Positions 1 to 10,175 of a stretch of 64,000 bases of DNA are shown piece by piece. This DNA is from an uncultured Cyclobacteriaceae bacterium (GTDB lineage Bacteria; Bacteroidota; Bacteroidia; Cytophagales; Cyclobacteriaceae). Each line of letters begins with the position of its first letter. The first letter of the stretch is position 1. The stretch covers positions 29,082 to 93,081 of the forward strand of contig CBHTSG010000009.1 in assembly GCA_966095315.1 (NCBI GenBank), written 5' to 3'. Made by a program: the position numbers and the translations under genes. The notes beneath the pieces were generated by a model. The model ran no database searches, was not told the origin of the DNA, and saw only the letters and a list, made by a program, of their open reading frames with translations.

Positions 1-1056
1 TCCCCCGAAAATCTAAAAGCTGCCATTGCCGCGGCTGCGAAAAACATCGAGAAATTTCACGCAGCTCAGCAAAAAGAAACGCTGCAAATAGAAACTATGC
101 CAGGAGTGATGTGCTGGCGAAAAGGAACCGCCATTGAAAAAGTAGGGATCTATATTCCTGGCGGTACGGCTCCATTATTTTCGACAGTGCTTATGCTCGC
201 GATACCTGCAAAACTAGCGGGCTGTTCAGAAATTGTATTGTGTACCCCACCGGGTAAGAATGGGAAGATCAATTCATCCATTCTCTTTGCGGCTCACCTT
301 ACCGGCATAAAGACAATCTATAAAGTTGGCGGAGCACAGGCCATTGCAGCAATGGCGTACGGAACCGAATCCATTCCACAGGTTTATAAAATATTCGGGC
401 CAGGGAATCAATACGTGACAAAAGCAAAACAGATGGTAAACCAGCAAGGCATTGCTATTGATATGCCGGCTGGCCCTTCGGAAGTATTAGTGATGGCTAA
501 TGATCAAACTAACCCCGTATACGCTGCAGCGGATTTGCTTTCGCAGGCAGAACATGGTGCGGATTCGCAAGTGATTTTGGTAAGTACAAGTGAAGCCGTC
601 ATCAACAAAATTATGGACGAAGTCTCGCTTCAAGTGAAGATTTTACCAAGGCGAGAGACCGCAGAAGCCGCGCTGCAAAATAGCCGTGCCATTCTGTTTA
701 GCAACGATCATGATGCTGTTGCATTCGTTAATCACTATGCTCCTGAGCATTTGATTATAAACTTTGAAGATTGCGATCGAATTGCAGAGAACATTACCAA
801 CGCGGGATCAATATTTTTGGGACCTTTCACACCCGAATCTGCCGGTGATTATGCTTCGGGCACCAATCACACGTTGCCCACCAATGGATTTGCAAAAGCT
901 TATGGTGGTGTTTCATTAGAAAGCTTCATGAAATTTACTACTCTTCAAAAGATTACCCGATCCGGTTTGCAATCTTTGGGGCCGGTCATTGAATTGATGG
1001 CCGAAGCAGAGCAGTTGAAGGCACACGCAGAAGCTGTAAGAGTACGTTATAAATGA
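1..1056 (+). CDS. hisD: histidinol dehydrogenase (5'-truncated by window edge)
   Basis: Frame is open from base 1 (SPENLKAAIAAAAKNIEKFH...). Motifs GIYIPGG, KIFGPGNQYV, DMPAGPSEV, SQAEH, ESAGDYASGTNHTLPT. First gene of the his cluster. Confidence 0.97.
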   Translation, partial: SPENLKAAIAAAAKNIEKFHAAQQKETLQIETMPGVMCWRKGTAIEKVGIYIPGGTAPLFSTVLMLAIPAKLAGCSEIVLCTPPGKNGKINSSILFAAHLTGIKTIYKVGGAQAIAAMAYGTESIPQVYKIFGPGNQYVTKAKQMVNQQGIAIDMPAGPSEVLVMANDQTNPVYAAADLLSQAEHGADSQVILVSTSEAVINKIMDEVSLQVKILPRRETAEAALQNSRAILFSNDHDAVAFVNHYAPEHLIINFEDCDRIAENITNAGSIFLGPFTPESAGDYASGTNHTLPTNGFAKAYGGVSLESFMKFTTLQKITRSGLQSLGPVIELMAEAEQLKAHAEAVRVRYK

Positions 1057-2099
1057 TGCGAATGGAATTAGCAACGATAAAGAGCCTCGTAAGAAAGAAC
1101 GTGTTGAATTTGAAACCGTATTCTTCCGCACGAGATGAATTTAAGGGCACTGCTTCCGTTTACCTGGATGCAAACGAAAACCCCTATCCTTCAGAGTTCA
1201 ATCGCTATCCTGATCCGCACCAAGCGAAATTAAAAGCGAGGATTAGTGAAATTAAAAAAATCGATTCTGCAAAAATCTTCATCGGCAACGGAAGTGATGA
1301 ACCAATTGATTTGCTTATCCGCGCGTTTTGTGAACCTGGTCAGGATGAAATTTTGATACCACAGCCAACCTATGGAATGTATCAGGTGAGCGCTGATATC
1401 AATAATGTAGCAGTAAATTCCGTTTCGCTCACGCGTGATTTTGATTTGGACGTAGCTGCGATGAAACGAGCATGGAGCGAGAAAACAAAATTGCTTTTTC
1501 TATGTACCCCCAATAATCCATCAGGAAATCGGTTCACAGAAGAAAAAATGATTGATTTAATAGAGACGTTTCCGGGCATTGTGGTGATTGATGAAGCCTA
1601 TATTGATTTTGTTGATGGAACGAGTTTCACAACCAAACTAAGTTCTAACAATAATCTGGTTGTTCTGCAAACCCTTTCAAAAGCCTGGGGCATGGCTTCG
1701 CTGCGGATTGGATTATGCTTCGCCAACGAGTTTATTATTTCGATTCTGAACAAGATAAAGCCACCGTACAACCTTAGCGGTATAACTCAATCCATCGCAT
1801 TAGAAAGATTGAACCACGAAAATGAGAAGCAGAGGCAGGTTGAAGAAATCAAAGCACAACGAAAGGAACTTAGTCAAAAGCTTTCGAACCTTGAAGGCAT
1901 TGTAAAAGTCTTCCCTTCTGATGCAAATTTTCTACTTGTAAAAATGCAGAATGCACCAGCGGCTTATCAGCAACTGCTTAACAAAGGTGTTATTGTTAGG
2001 GATCGTTCAAAAGTGGTTTTGTGCGACCAGTGCCTTCGCATTACGGTTGGCACTCCGAAGGAGAATCAAGAACTTGTGAATGAATTAAGTAACCTATGA
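1053..2099 (+). CDS. hisC: histidinol-phosphate aminotransferase
   Basis: [37 protein letters not shown] (PLP lysine). Overlaps the hisD stop. Confidence 0.97.
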   Translation: MMRMELATIKSLVRKNVLNLKPYSSARDEFKGTASVYLDANENPYPSEFNRYPDPHQAKLKARISEIKKIDSAKIFIGNGSDEPIDLLIRAFCEPGQDEILIPQPTYGMYQVSADINNVAVNSVSLTRDFDLDVAAMKRAWSEKTKLLFLCTPNNPSGNRFTEEKMIDLIETFPGIVVIDEAYIDFVDGTSFTTKLSSNNNLVVLQTLSKAWGMASLRIGLCFANEFIISILNKIKPPYNLSGITQSIALERLNHENEKQRQVEEIKAQRKELSQKLSNLEGIVKVFPSDANFLLVKMQNAPAAYQQLLNKGVIVRDRSKVVLCDQCLRITVGTPKENQELVNELSNL

Positions 2100-3217
2100 A
2101 GAAAGTTCTATTCATTGATCGGGATGGGGTACTGATTTTTGAATCACCTACTGATCCACAAATCGACAGCCTGGAGAAACTAGAATTCATTCCCGGAGTG
2201 TTTTCATGGCTCGGTAAGATTGCTCGGGAAACCGATTATGAATTGGTGATGGTCACTAATCAGGATGGACTGGGCACAACAAGCTTTCCGGAAGAAACAT
2301 TTTGGCCTGTACAAAACAAACTCATAAAAACATTGAAGGGCGAAGGAATTGAATTTACAGCAATTCATATCGATCGATCGATGCCTCACGAGAACAAGCC
2401 TACTCGCAAGCCAGGCATTGGCATGTTGGGGCAATATTTCAGCAACGAATATGATTTGAAAAACTCTTACGTCATCGGTGACCGTCTCACGGATATTCAG
2501 CTCGCAAAAAACCTAGGCGCGAAAGGCATTCTATTGCGCAGCAGTGAACTTAGCCCTGTCATTATTCCCGATGAACTCTCTGATACTTGCATTTTAAGCA
2601 CCAATACATGGAGAGATGTTTATGAACAAGTACTTACCAAAAGAGTTGCCAGTGTACATCGCAAAACAAAAGAGACAGACATACAGATAGGGATTAATCT
2701 TGATGGCAGTGGAAAGTCATCTATCACTACAGGGCTAGGATTCTTTGATCATATGCTTGATCAGGTGGCACGGCACGGACTAGTGGATCTTGCCATCAAT
2801 GTAAAAGGTGACCTTCATATTGATGAACATCATACTATTGAAGATACAGCCTTAGCGTTGGGTGAAGCATTTCTATTAGCCCTTGGTAACAAAAAGGGAA
2901 TTGAACGATATGGCTTTTGCTTACCCATGGATGATTGCCTTGCGCAAAGTGCAATCGACTTTGGCGGCAGACCTTGGCTGGTGTGGGATGCCGAATTCAA
3001 AAGAGAGAAAATTGGAGAAATGCCTACGGAGATGTTTTACCATTTCTTCAAGTCCTTTAGTGATGCCGCTAAATGCAACTTAAATCTAAAAGCAGAAGGT
3101 ACAAATGAACATCATAAGATTGAGGCAATTTTCAAAGCCTTCGCAAAGTCAATAAAAATGGCTGTTAGAAAAGATCCGTTTAATGATCAACTGCCTTCAA
3201 CCAAAGGAACATTGTAA
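2096..3217 (+). CDS. hisB: bifunctional histidinol-phosphatase / imidazoleglycerol-phosphate dehydratase
   Basis: N-terminal HAD DRDG, TNQDG, RKP, GDRLTD. C-terminal IGPD motifs DEHHTIED and [11 protein letters not shown]. Confidence 0.97.
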   Translation: MKKVLFIDRDGVLIFESPTDPQIDSLEKLEFIPGVFSWLGKIARETDYELVMVTNQDGLGTTSFPEETFWPVQNKLIKTLKGEGIEFTAIHIDRSMPHENKPTRKPGIGMLGQYFSNEYDLKNSYVIGDRLTDIQLAKNLGAKGILLRSSELSPVIIPDELSDTCILSTNTWRDVYEQVLTKRVASVHRKTKETDIQIGINLDGSGKSSITTGLGFFDHMLDQVARHGLVDLAINVKGDLHIDEHHTIEDTALALGEAFLLALGNKKGIERYGFCLPMDDCLAQSAIDFGGRPWLVWDAEFKREKIGEMPTEMFYHFFKSFSDAAKCNLNLKAEGTNEHHKIEAIFKAFAKSIKMAVRKDPFNDQLPSTKGTL

Positions 3218-3297
3218 ATCAATCATAAATTGAAACGTCAACCTGTTATTTCAAAATTAATGTTCATCAATTCCATCTTCCTAATTTTTGCTCACCC

Positions 3298-3888
3298 ATG
3301 AAAGTCGCTGTCATCCGATACAATGCCGGCAATATCCGCTCTGTTTCTTTTGCGCTGGAGAGAATGAAGATCGATCACATCATCACCGATGATGCTGAGC
3401 AAATCGCCACTGCAGACAAAGTAATTTTTCCAGGCGTTGGTGAAGCCAGTTCCACTATGAAATACCTTAAAGATCATAAACTTGACCAGGTAATTGCCAA
3501 TTTAAAACAACCCGTTTTAGGTATCTGTCTGGGTATGCAATTATTATGTTCTTATTCGGAGGAGAACCAGACAACTTGCCTGGGTGTTTTTAAGGAAGAG
3601 GTGAAATTGTTCAATCCAACAAATCATCAAAAAGTACCTCATATGGGGTGGAATTCTCTTACCCAAACAAGCGGCTGGTTGGCAGGTGATTTGAGGGATC
3701 AATATTTCTATTTTGTTCATAGCTTTTATGTTCCCCTAAATGACTTTACTACTGCCGTTTGTGATTACATACAACCGTTCAGCGCGGCCTTGAAAAAGGA
3801 TAATTTTTATGCTGTTCAATTTCACCCTGAAAAATCTGCGGATGTCGGAGAAAAAGTTTTATTTCGTTTTTTAAATGCTGACCTGTGA
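3298..3888 (+). CDS. hisH: imidazole glycerol phosphate synthase glutaminase subunit
   Basis: FPGVG, LGICLGMQ, PHMGWN, YFVHS, QFHPEKS. Confidence 0.97.
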   Translation: MKVAVIRYNAGNIRSVSFALERMKIDHIITDDAEQIATADKVIFPGVGEASSTMKYLKDHKLDQVIANLKQPVLGICLGMQLLCSYSEENQTTCLGVFKEEVKLFNPTNHQKVPHMGWNSLTQTSGWLAGDLRDQYFYFVHSFYVPLNDFTTAVCDYIQPFSAALKKDNFYAVQFHPEKSADVGEKVLFRFLNADL

Positions 3889-4607
3889 AAATTATTCCAG
3901 CTATTGATATTATCGATGGGAAGTGTGTTCGGCTGACACAAGGGGACTACAAAAAAATGAAGGTCTACCGGGAAGACCCTCTGGAAGTGGCGTTAGAGTT
4001 TCAAAATGCAGACCTGGAGTATTTACACCTTGTTGATTTGGATGGCGCAAAAAAGGGACGTGTAATCAACTGGAGTGTGATCAACAATATTCAGGCGGAA
4101 ACAGCACTCAATGTAGATTTTGGTGGCGGTGTAAAAACCGATGACGAAATTGAAAGGCTGCTGGACCTGGGGATAAATCAAATTAACATTGGAAGCCTTG
4201 CTGTAAAAGAGCCTGAAACATTCAAGCGGTGGTTAACCACCTTTGGCCCTGAGAATTTTATTCTAAGTGCTGATGTAAAGGGAGAAAACATCATGGTGAA
4301 CGGCTGGCTTGAAGAATCAAAGTTTAGGCTGTATGACCTTGTGCAGGAATATGTGGACGTAGGACTAGAGTATCTTACGTGCACCGATATCACCACAGAT
4401 GGCATGTTGAAAGGCCCCAACTTTGGCCTTTACAAAAAATTAAAAAAGAGATTCCCTAGCTTGAAGATTACAGCAAGTGGTGGCGTAAGTTCAGTTGATG
4501 ATCTGCTAGAATTGAAATATGCTAAAGTGTATGGTGTGATCATTGGCAAAGCCCTCTATGAAGGCAAAATCAAATTGGAAGATCTTAAGGCCATCCAGAA
4601 CTCCTAA
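3885..4607 (+). CDS. hisA: ProFAR isomerase
   Basis: IIPAIDI..GKCVRLTQGD, HLVDLDGA, DFGGG, TDITTDGML.GPN, SGGVSS. Confidence 0.97.
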   Translation: MKIIPAIDIIDGKCVRLTQGDYKKMKVYREDPLEVALEFQNADLEYLHLVDLDGAKKGRVINWSVINNIQAETALNVDFGGGVKTDDEIERLLDLGINQINIGSLAVKEPETFKRWLTTFGPENFILSADVKGENIMVNGWLEESKFRLYDLVQEYVDVGLEYLTCTDITTDGMLKGPNFGLYKKLKKRFPSLKITASGGVSSVDDLLELKYAKVYGVIIGKALYEGKIKLEDLKAIQNS

Positions 4608-4610
4608 GTT

Positions 4611-5366
4611 ATGCTTACCAAAAGGATTATCCCTTGCCTGGATATCAAGGACGGCCGCACCGTAAAAGGTATCAATTTCGTAAACCTCAGAGATGCCGGT
4701 GATCCGGTAGAACTTGGCGCTACCTATGCAACGCAAGGTGCTGATGAACTTGTTTTTTTAGATATCTCCGCTACGGAAGAAAAAAGAAAAACGTTTGCCC
4801 ATCTGGTAAAGCAGATTGCCAGTAATGTAAACATACCCTTTACGGTAGGCGGTGGCATCAGTACAGTACAAGATGTTGCTCCCCTATTGGAAGCTGGCGC
4901 AGACAAAGTAAGTATCAACTCTGCAGCGGTAAAGAACCCTAATTTGATTAATCAACTTGCAAAGGAGTTTGGATCACAGTTCGTGGTGGTGGCTATCGAT
5001 GGCCGCAAGATTGATAACCAATGGACAGTGCATACACATGGAGGAAAGCAGCCGACTGATCGCAAACTTTTTTCGTGGGCCAGGGAAGCACAGGAACGTG
5101 GTGCGGGAGAAATTCTCTTCACCAGTATGGACAATGATGGCACCAAGCATGGGTTTGCTAATGATCCCTTATCGAAATTATATGAGCTGCTGCAGATACC
5201 GGTGATTGCTTCCGGAGGTGCCGGCAGCAAGGAACACTTTCTGGAAGCTTTTATTTTGGGAAAAGCTGATGCTGCGCTGGCGGCCACAACATTTCACTTT
5301 GGTGAAATCAAAATACCTGAACTAAAATCGTATTTATTCAACAACGGAATACCCGTAAGACTCTGA
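4611..5366 (+). CDS. hisF: imidazole glycerol phosphate synthase cyclase subunit
   Basis: [52 protein letters not shown]. Confidence 0.98.
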   Translation: MLTKRIIPCLDIKDGRTVKGINFVNLRDAGDPVELGATYATQGADELVFLDISATEEKRKTFAHLVKQIASNVNIPFTVGGGISTVQDVAPLLEAGADKVSINSAAVKNPNLINQLAKEFGSQFVVVAIDGRKIDNQWTVHTHGGKQPTDRKLFSWAREAQERGAGEILFTSMDNDGTKHGFANDPLSKLYELLQIPVIASGGAGSKEHFLEAFILGKADAALAATTFHFGEIKIPELKSYLFNNGIPVRL

Positions 5367-5369
5367 TTT

Positions 5370-5972
5370 ATGGCAACATTTTCGTCAATAGATTTCACTA
5401 AATCAGGTGGCCTCGTTCCCTGCATTGTTCAGGATCATGCCACACGGACTGTATTGATGCTTGGCTTTATGAATGAAGAGGCGCTGCAAAAAACGATCAG
5501 CGAAAAACGCGTTACCTTCTACAGCAGATCGAAACAACGCTTGTGGACGAAAGGTGAGACATCCGGTAATTTTCTGAGGGTTATAGAGATCAAGGAAGAT
5601 TGCGATCACGATACACTTTTAGTTTATGCGGAACCCTCCGGACCTATTTGTCACACGGGAAGTGATACCTGTTTTAATGAGGTAAATAAAGGGACGGGGC
5701 TCTCCTTTCTGGAGCGAATTATCCATGATAGAAAAGCAAACCCAATGGCAGGATCGTATACGAATTCTCTCTTTGACTCCGGTATCAACAAAATTGCACA
5801 AAAGGTGGGCGAAGAAGCGGTAGAACTGGTGATTGAATCAAAGGACGATAACAGAGACCTCTTCCTTGGCGAAGCGGCTGATCTGATGTATCACTATCTG
5901 GTGCTCCTTGCTGCAAAGAATACTAATCTTGAGGAAGTAATTGAAGTGCTTCGCAAGCGACACAGCAAATAA
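5370..5972 (+). CDS. hisIE: bifunctional phosphoribosyl-AMP cyclohydrolase / phosphoribosyl-ATP pyrophosphatase
   Basis: SRSKQRLWTKGETSGN, DCDHDTLL, CHTG, KVGEEAVE, EAADLMYH. Confidence 0.97.
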   Translation: MATFSSIDFTKSGGLVPCIVQDHATRTVLMLGFMNEEALQKTISEKRVTFYSRSKQRLWTKGETSGNFLRVIEIKEDCDHDTLLVYAEPSGPICHTGSDTCFNEVNKGTGLSFLERIIHDRKANPMAGSYTNSLFDSGINKIAQKVGEEAVELVIESKDDNRDLFLGEAADLMYHYLVLLAAKNTNLEEVIEVLRKRHSK

Positions 5973-6042
5973 TTTTGTCAGCAGAATTACATTGCATTAA
6001 TAAAATGTAGTGCGTTGGCACGATCCTCATTATCTTGAGGGC

Positions 6043-6732
6043 ATGAGTAATTCAAGCACCAAGATTATTAATGGATACGAGTTCGTAAACCACCAATTTA
6101 CAGAATATGCAGAAGGTGAAATGATCACTCGAAGTGAGCAATTTTACCAATGGATAAATACACGAAGGAGTGTTCGCGATTTTTCTGACAGACCCATTCC
6201 AAAAGAGGTTATTGAATCAATCCTGAGAGCAGCATCTACTGCACCCTCCGGAGCGCACAAACAGCCGTGGACATTTTGTGTAATAACCAATCCTGAGATC
6301 AAAAGGGAAATAAGAATTGCAGCCGAACAGGAGGAGCATGAAAGCTATACCAGTCGCATGAGCGAAGAATGGCTGGAAGATTTGAAAAAGCTGCAAACCG
6401 ACTGGCACAAACCATTCCTGGAAATTGCTCCCTACCTTATTGTTGTGTTCAAAAAAGCGTATGACCTGATGCCTGATGGAACAAAGCGAAACAACTATTA
6501 TGTGAACGAATCCGTTGGCCTGGCATGTGGATTTATGCTGGCCGCCATCCATCATGCGGGATTGGTCGCCCTTACACACACACCAAGTCCCATGAACTTC
6601 CTCACCAAAATTTTGCGTAGGCCCGAAAATGAAAGACCTTTTCTTCTTATTCCCGTGGGATACCCTGCAAAAGAAACCTTCGTTCCAAAGTTAGAGAGAA
6701 AGGGACTGAATGAAGTAGTACACTATTTTTGA
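6043..6732 (+). CDS. nitroreductase-superfamily protein, iodotyrosine deiodinase-like
   Basis: RRSVRDFS, TAPSGAHKQPW, EE..SY..RM, DW.KPFLE.AP, THTP, LLIPVGYP track the IYD family closely. ATG at 6043 preferred over the GTG at 6010. Confidence 0.85.
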   Translation: MSNSSTKIINGYEFVNHQFTEYAEGEMITRSEQFYQWINTRRSVRDFSDRPIPKEVIESILRAASTAPSGAHKQPWTFCVITNPEIKREIRIAAEQEEHESYTSRMSEEWLEDLKKLQTDWHKPFLEIAPYLIVVFKKAYDLMPDGTKRNNYYVNESVGLACGFMLAAIHHAGLVALTHTPSPMNFLTKILRRPENERPFLLIPVGYPAKETFVPKLERKGLNEVVHYF

Positions 6733-7286
6733 TTCGACTTGGGCGTTAACTTTAGATAGGTGAGTTTGTAGGTGAAAACAAAGTTTCCATTGTTCTCCGT
6801 TCGCACGCCCTCCAGCATATCGCGAGCATTATCAAAGGTGAAAGTATATGTCTCTGCTCTGCCACGCGATTCAAAGTGCTTGTATACCAAAATATTTCCT
6901 TCTGTCATTCCAGTGAATTCGCCTCGCACATCATACGATGGAAGAAAATCTTTGGTAATGGGTACCTCGAGATACTCCCTTCCTGCATGATCAGTATCTT
7001 TTATAATGGCCACTTTCGAAAAATTTTCATCCCTGCTCACTACTTTTTCCTTTTCGGTGGACGACAAAAGTCCCTTTCCCTTTTTCGTAACTAAACTGGA
7101 AACGGAATAAATGCCTTCGATCGTGCCCACACTGGACTGAGTCTTGGTCATGTAGCGCGAAACCATATTTGTAAACTCAATCTGCTCGTAGGCATGTATC
7201 TTTTGCCTTTGCCGCATCTTGTAAAGCGTTTCAAAAGAGCAAGAGGAGAAGGTAACGAGTGCAATAACTGTAAAGAGTGCCTTCAT
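6723..7286 (-). CDS. hypothetical lipoprotein
   Basis: 187-aa ORF with signal peptide and lipobox-like FSSC. Converges on and overlaps the nitroreductase 3' end. Confidence 0.75.
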   Translation of the reverse strand: MKALFTVIALVTFSSCSFETLYKMRQRQKIHAYEQIEFTNMVSRYMTKTQSSVGTIEGIYSVSSLVTKKGKGLLSSTEKEKVVSRDENFSKVAIIKDTDHAGREYLEVPITKDFLPSYDVRGEFTGMTEGNILVYKHFESRGRAETYTFTFDNARDMLEGVRTENNGNFVFTYKLTYLKLTPKSNQK

Positions 7287-7335
7287 TGAGAATTAATGTT
7301 TACCGTAGTCAGAAGACACGCAATCCGTCAAAGAT

Positions 7336-8817
7336 TTAGAAAATGATGTCCTCGTATTTTCCTTGTGAATATTTCCTACAGGAAAGTCGTCCGCGCAACG
7401 CAGAAGGTTTGAACAACGACTTGCCCATCAGCATACGAACACACTCTTGAATACCTTCCGTGATACTGGGGTGAGGATGCACGCACTCCGCCAATTCTTC
7501 AATTCCTTTGTCCATTGAAATAAGGACAGCCACCGCTTGTATAGCACTGCTGGCGTGATTGCCCACTACTTTCATTCCAAGAATTTTCATATGGTCATCG
7601 CAAGTCACCAGAAGTTTAATAAATCCCTGAGTATTTCGCTTGGCGATGGCACGAGGGATTACACCGTACTCAAGTGTTACCACTTTGTAATCGATTCCTT
7701 TTTCTTTTGCATGGGTTTCATTTAACCCCACTCCTGCTACCTCAGGGTTCAAAAACATAATGGTACTTATGTTTTCATACACGAGTTTTCGATCAGGATT
7801 ACCAAAAATCTTTTCTACTGCATACCGCCCTTCTAGCTCCCCAACGTTGACCAACGAAATGTCAGCAGTAAGATCGCCCACCGCATAGATATTGGATACG
7901 TTGGTTTGTGTGTCGTTATTATCAATTCCTCTCTTGGTAATATTTATTCCTACCCGATCATCCCACAAGTCTTCAAGGTTAGCAACGCGCCCCACGGAGA
8001 CCAGTGCTTTTTCAACGTTGAATATTTCTCTACTTCCATCGGTATATTCTAGTTCGTACTCCACTCTTCCATTTACGATTTTCATATTCACCAATCTGGA
8101 ATTGCGATGGATGAGTACGCCATTGTTTTCCATGTTGCGTTCGATAATGCGCACCACATCTTCATCTTCGAATGGAAGGATGCGATCGCCCTTATCAATC
8201 AGATGCACTTTGGTTCTGCCAAATCCGCTAAAGATCGTGGCATACTCGCAGCCAATTACCCCAGCACCCACAATCACCATGCTTTCCGGAAAATCTGCCA
8301 TCCCCTCGATGCCTTCGCTGGTCATTACGGTGTGCTCATCAATGGGAAGCTCAGGCAAGTAGCGTGGGCGGCTGCCAGTGGCCAGGATGATGTTCTCTGC
8401 GTACACCACTTCCTTTTGAGCGCCATGGGTAATCTCTACTTCATGCTGATTAATCAATCGCGCTTCGCCCACTTTAAACTCCAGAAGATTCGAATAGGGT
8501 GAATTATTTAATTGATCGAGATGCTCCTCGAGCATTCCTTTCCGTTCCTGAACTGCTTTACGGACTTCTGCCTGAATTTCGGAGTAGCTGATCGAAGGGA
8601 CTTGAATATTATAGCGCTTCAAACTTTTACGGAATGCAGATGCTTCGCGCGAAAGTTCCCACCACGTTTTTGAAGACAGTGCACCGTTGGTGACACCAGC
8701 ACCACCCACTCTGGATTTCTCTACCAGCAGAGTCTTCTTTTTAAAATCAATTGCGCGCATAGCCGCTGCATAGCCTGAAGGACCAGCTCCAATAACAATG
8801 AGATCAAAGCGTTTCAT
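7336..8817 (-). CDS. flavoprotein disulfide reductase family protein (Lpd/SthA-like) lacking the redox-active cysteines
   Basis: GAGPSG FAD motif, ATGSRP, GAGVIGCE, IYAVGD, HPHPSITE. The CxxxxC region reads GGAGVTNGALSSKT. Start placed at MKRFDL. Confidence 0.85.
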   Translation of the reverse strand: MKRFDLIVIGAGPSGYAAAMRAIDFKKKTLLVEKSRVGGAGVTNGALSSKTWWELSREASAFRKSLKRYNIQVPSISYSEIQAEVRKAVQERKGMLEEHLDQLNNSPYSNLLEFKVGEARLINQHEVEITHGAQKEVVYAENIILATGSRPRYLPELPIDEHTVMTSEGIEGMADFPESMVIVGAGVIGCEYATIFSGFGRTKVHLIDKGDRILPFEDEDVVRIIERNMENNGVLIHRNSRLVNMKIVNGRVEYELEYTDGSREIFNVEKALVSVGRVANLEDLWDDRVGINITKRGIDNNDTQTNVSNIYAVGDLTADISLVNVGELEGRYAVEKIFGNPDRKLVYENISTIMFLNPEVAGVGLNETHAKEKGIDYKVVTLEYGVIPRAIAKRNTQGFIKLLVTCDDHMKILGMKVVGNHASSAIQAVAVLISMDKGIEELAECVHPHPSITEGIQECVRMLMGKSLFKPSALRGRLSCRKYSQGKYEDIIF

Positions 8818-8933
8818 AGACAGTATTATTCGGTAAAAATTAGGATATTTGCATGAGCTTAACAACAAGAATATTTTCTAATATTCCACCATTAGCGTGA
8901 CCACATTTGAAGATACGATTGAATTGAGGGAGA

Positions 8934-9527
8934 ATGATTGAGGGCCTTATTGAACTTGACAAAAAACTACTGCTGTTTCTAAACAGTTTTCATCATCCTG
9001 CATTGGACCCCGCGATGCTGCTGGTGACCAAGACATTATTCTGGCTGCCATTATATGTACTCTTCATCTATTTGATTTTTAGAAAACATGGAATGAATGG
9101 TTTCCTGTTCCTTGCCGGTGCAGGCCTTACTATTTTGCTTGCCGATCAGATCACCGCCAATCTTATGAAGCCATTCTTTGCGCGGCTACGCCCTTCACAA
9201 GACCCCACTCTGGAAGGACTTGTGCATTTGGTAAATGGCTACAAAGGAGGACTTTATGGATTTGCTTCGAGCCATGCCGCCAACACGTTTGGAACGGCTC
9301 TCTTCGTTTGGCTCACCCTGAAAGATAAACACCGCTGGATATGGCTTGCCTTTCTTTGGGCTGCTGCGATGACGTATACCCGAATTTATCTGGGTGTTCA
9401 CTATCCTGGTGATATCCTTGCCGGGGCTACTGTCGGCTTACTTAGCGGATGGGCCGGATTTCGTTTCGCAATCTGGTTAGTGAGTAAGAAGAGTTTGAGA
9501 AAGCATTCTTCTGCACAACATCCCTAA
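8934..9527 (+). CDS. PAP2 family membrane phosphatase
   Basis: KPFFARLRP, GFASSHAAN, TRIYLGVHYPGD in a hydrophobic protein. Confidence 0.92.
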   Translation: MIEGLIELDKKLLLFLNSFHHPALDPAMLLVTKTLFWLPLYVLFIYLIFRKHGMNGFLFLAGAGLTILLADQITANLMKPFFARLRPSQDPTLEGLVHLVNGYKGGLYGFASSHAANTFGTALFVWLTLKDKHRWIWLAFLWAAAMTYTRIYLGVHYPGDILAGATVGLLSGWAGFRFAIWLVSKKSLRKHSSAQHP

Positions 9528-9539
9528 GTGGAATCTTTC

Positions 9540-10133
9540 TTAAGAATGCTGAGGAGACAAAAGTCGCTTCACGTATTTCCCGATAATATCAAATTCAAGA
9601 TTCACCGCATCGCCTTGCTGCAACGTTTTGAATCCTGTATTTTCAAACGTATAAGGAATGATGGCCACTCTGAATGAGTTGGGTTTTGAATTAAAGCACG
9701 TCAGACTCACCCCATTGATTGCGATGGATCCTTTCTCTACCGTAATATTCCCTTGTGAGGCATCGTATTGAAAATCAAAAAGCCAACTGCCCTGCTCCTC
9801 TTTAATGGAAATGCACGTTGCCGTTTGATCCACATGACCTTGCACAATATGACCATCAAATCTTCCGTTGGCAATCATACATCGCTCAAGATTAACTATA
9901 CTTCCCTCTTTCAGTTGCGAAAGATTTGATTTTTGAAGTGTCTCCTGAATTGCTACTACGCGATGAAAACCATCCCCAACTTCTACCACCGTGAGGCACA
10001 CTCCACTGTGCGACACGCTTTGGTCTACGCGAAGTTCGTTACTGATGCGGCTGGAGATTTTGAAATTGATATTGCTCCCCTCTTTTCGCAATGAAGAGAC
10101 CGATCCAATAGCTTCAATGATGCCTGTGAACAT
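9540..10133 (-). CDS. ribE: riboflavin synthase (alpha chain)
   Basis: N-terminal MFTGIIE, VNLER, GHIVQGHVD, KGSIAINGVSLT, VNLEFDIIGKYV. Confidence 0.96.
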   Translation of the reverse strand: MFTGIIEAIGSVSSLRKEGSNINFKISSRISNELRVDQSVSHSGVCLTVVEVGDGFHRVVAIQETLQKSNLSQLKEGSIVNLERCMIANGRFDGHIVQGHVDQTATCISIKEEQGSWLFDFQYDASQGNITVEKGSIAINGVSLTCFNSKPNSFRVAIIPYTFENTGFKTLQQGDAVNLEFDIIGKYVKRLLSPQHS

Positions 10134-10156
10134 AGATTAGCAATTCCTTAGAAGGG

Positions 10157-10164
10157 CAAAGATA
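10157..10164 (-). promoter_or_regulatory. Bacteroidota sigma70 -7 box (TATCTTTG) for riboflavin synthase
   Basis: Exact TAnnTTTG about 24 nt upstream of the ATG, with TTG 19 nt further upstream. Confidence 0.6.
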
Positions 10165-10175
10165 GTTCGTTATGC

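Noticed and set aside
3218-3297. 80-bp gap between hisB and hisH as a possible His attenuator or insertion
   Set aside because: No His-codon ORF, hairpin or repeat seen; at most an internal promoter.
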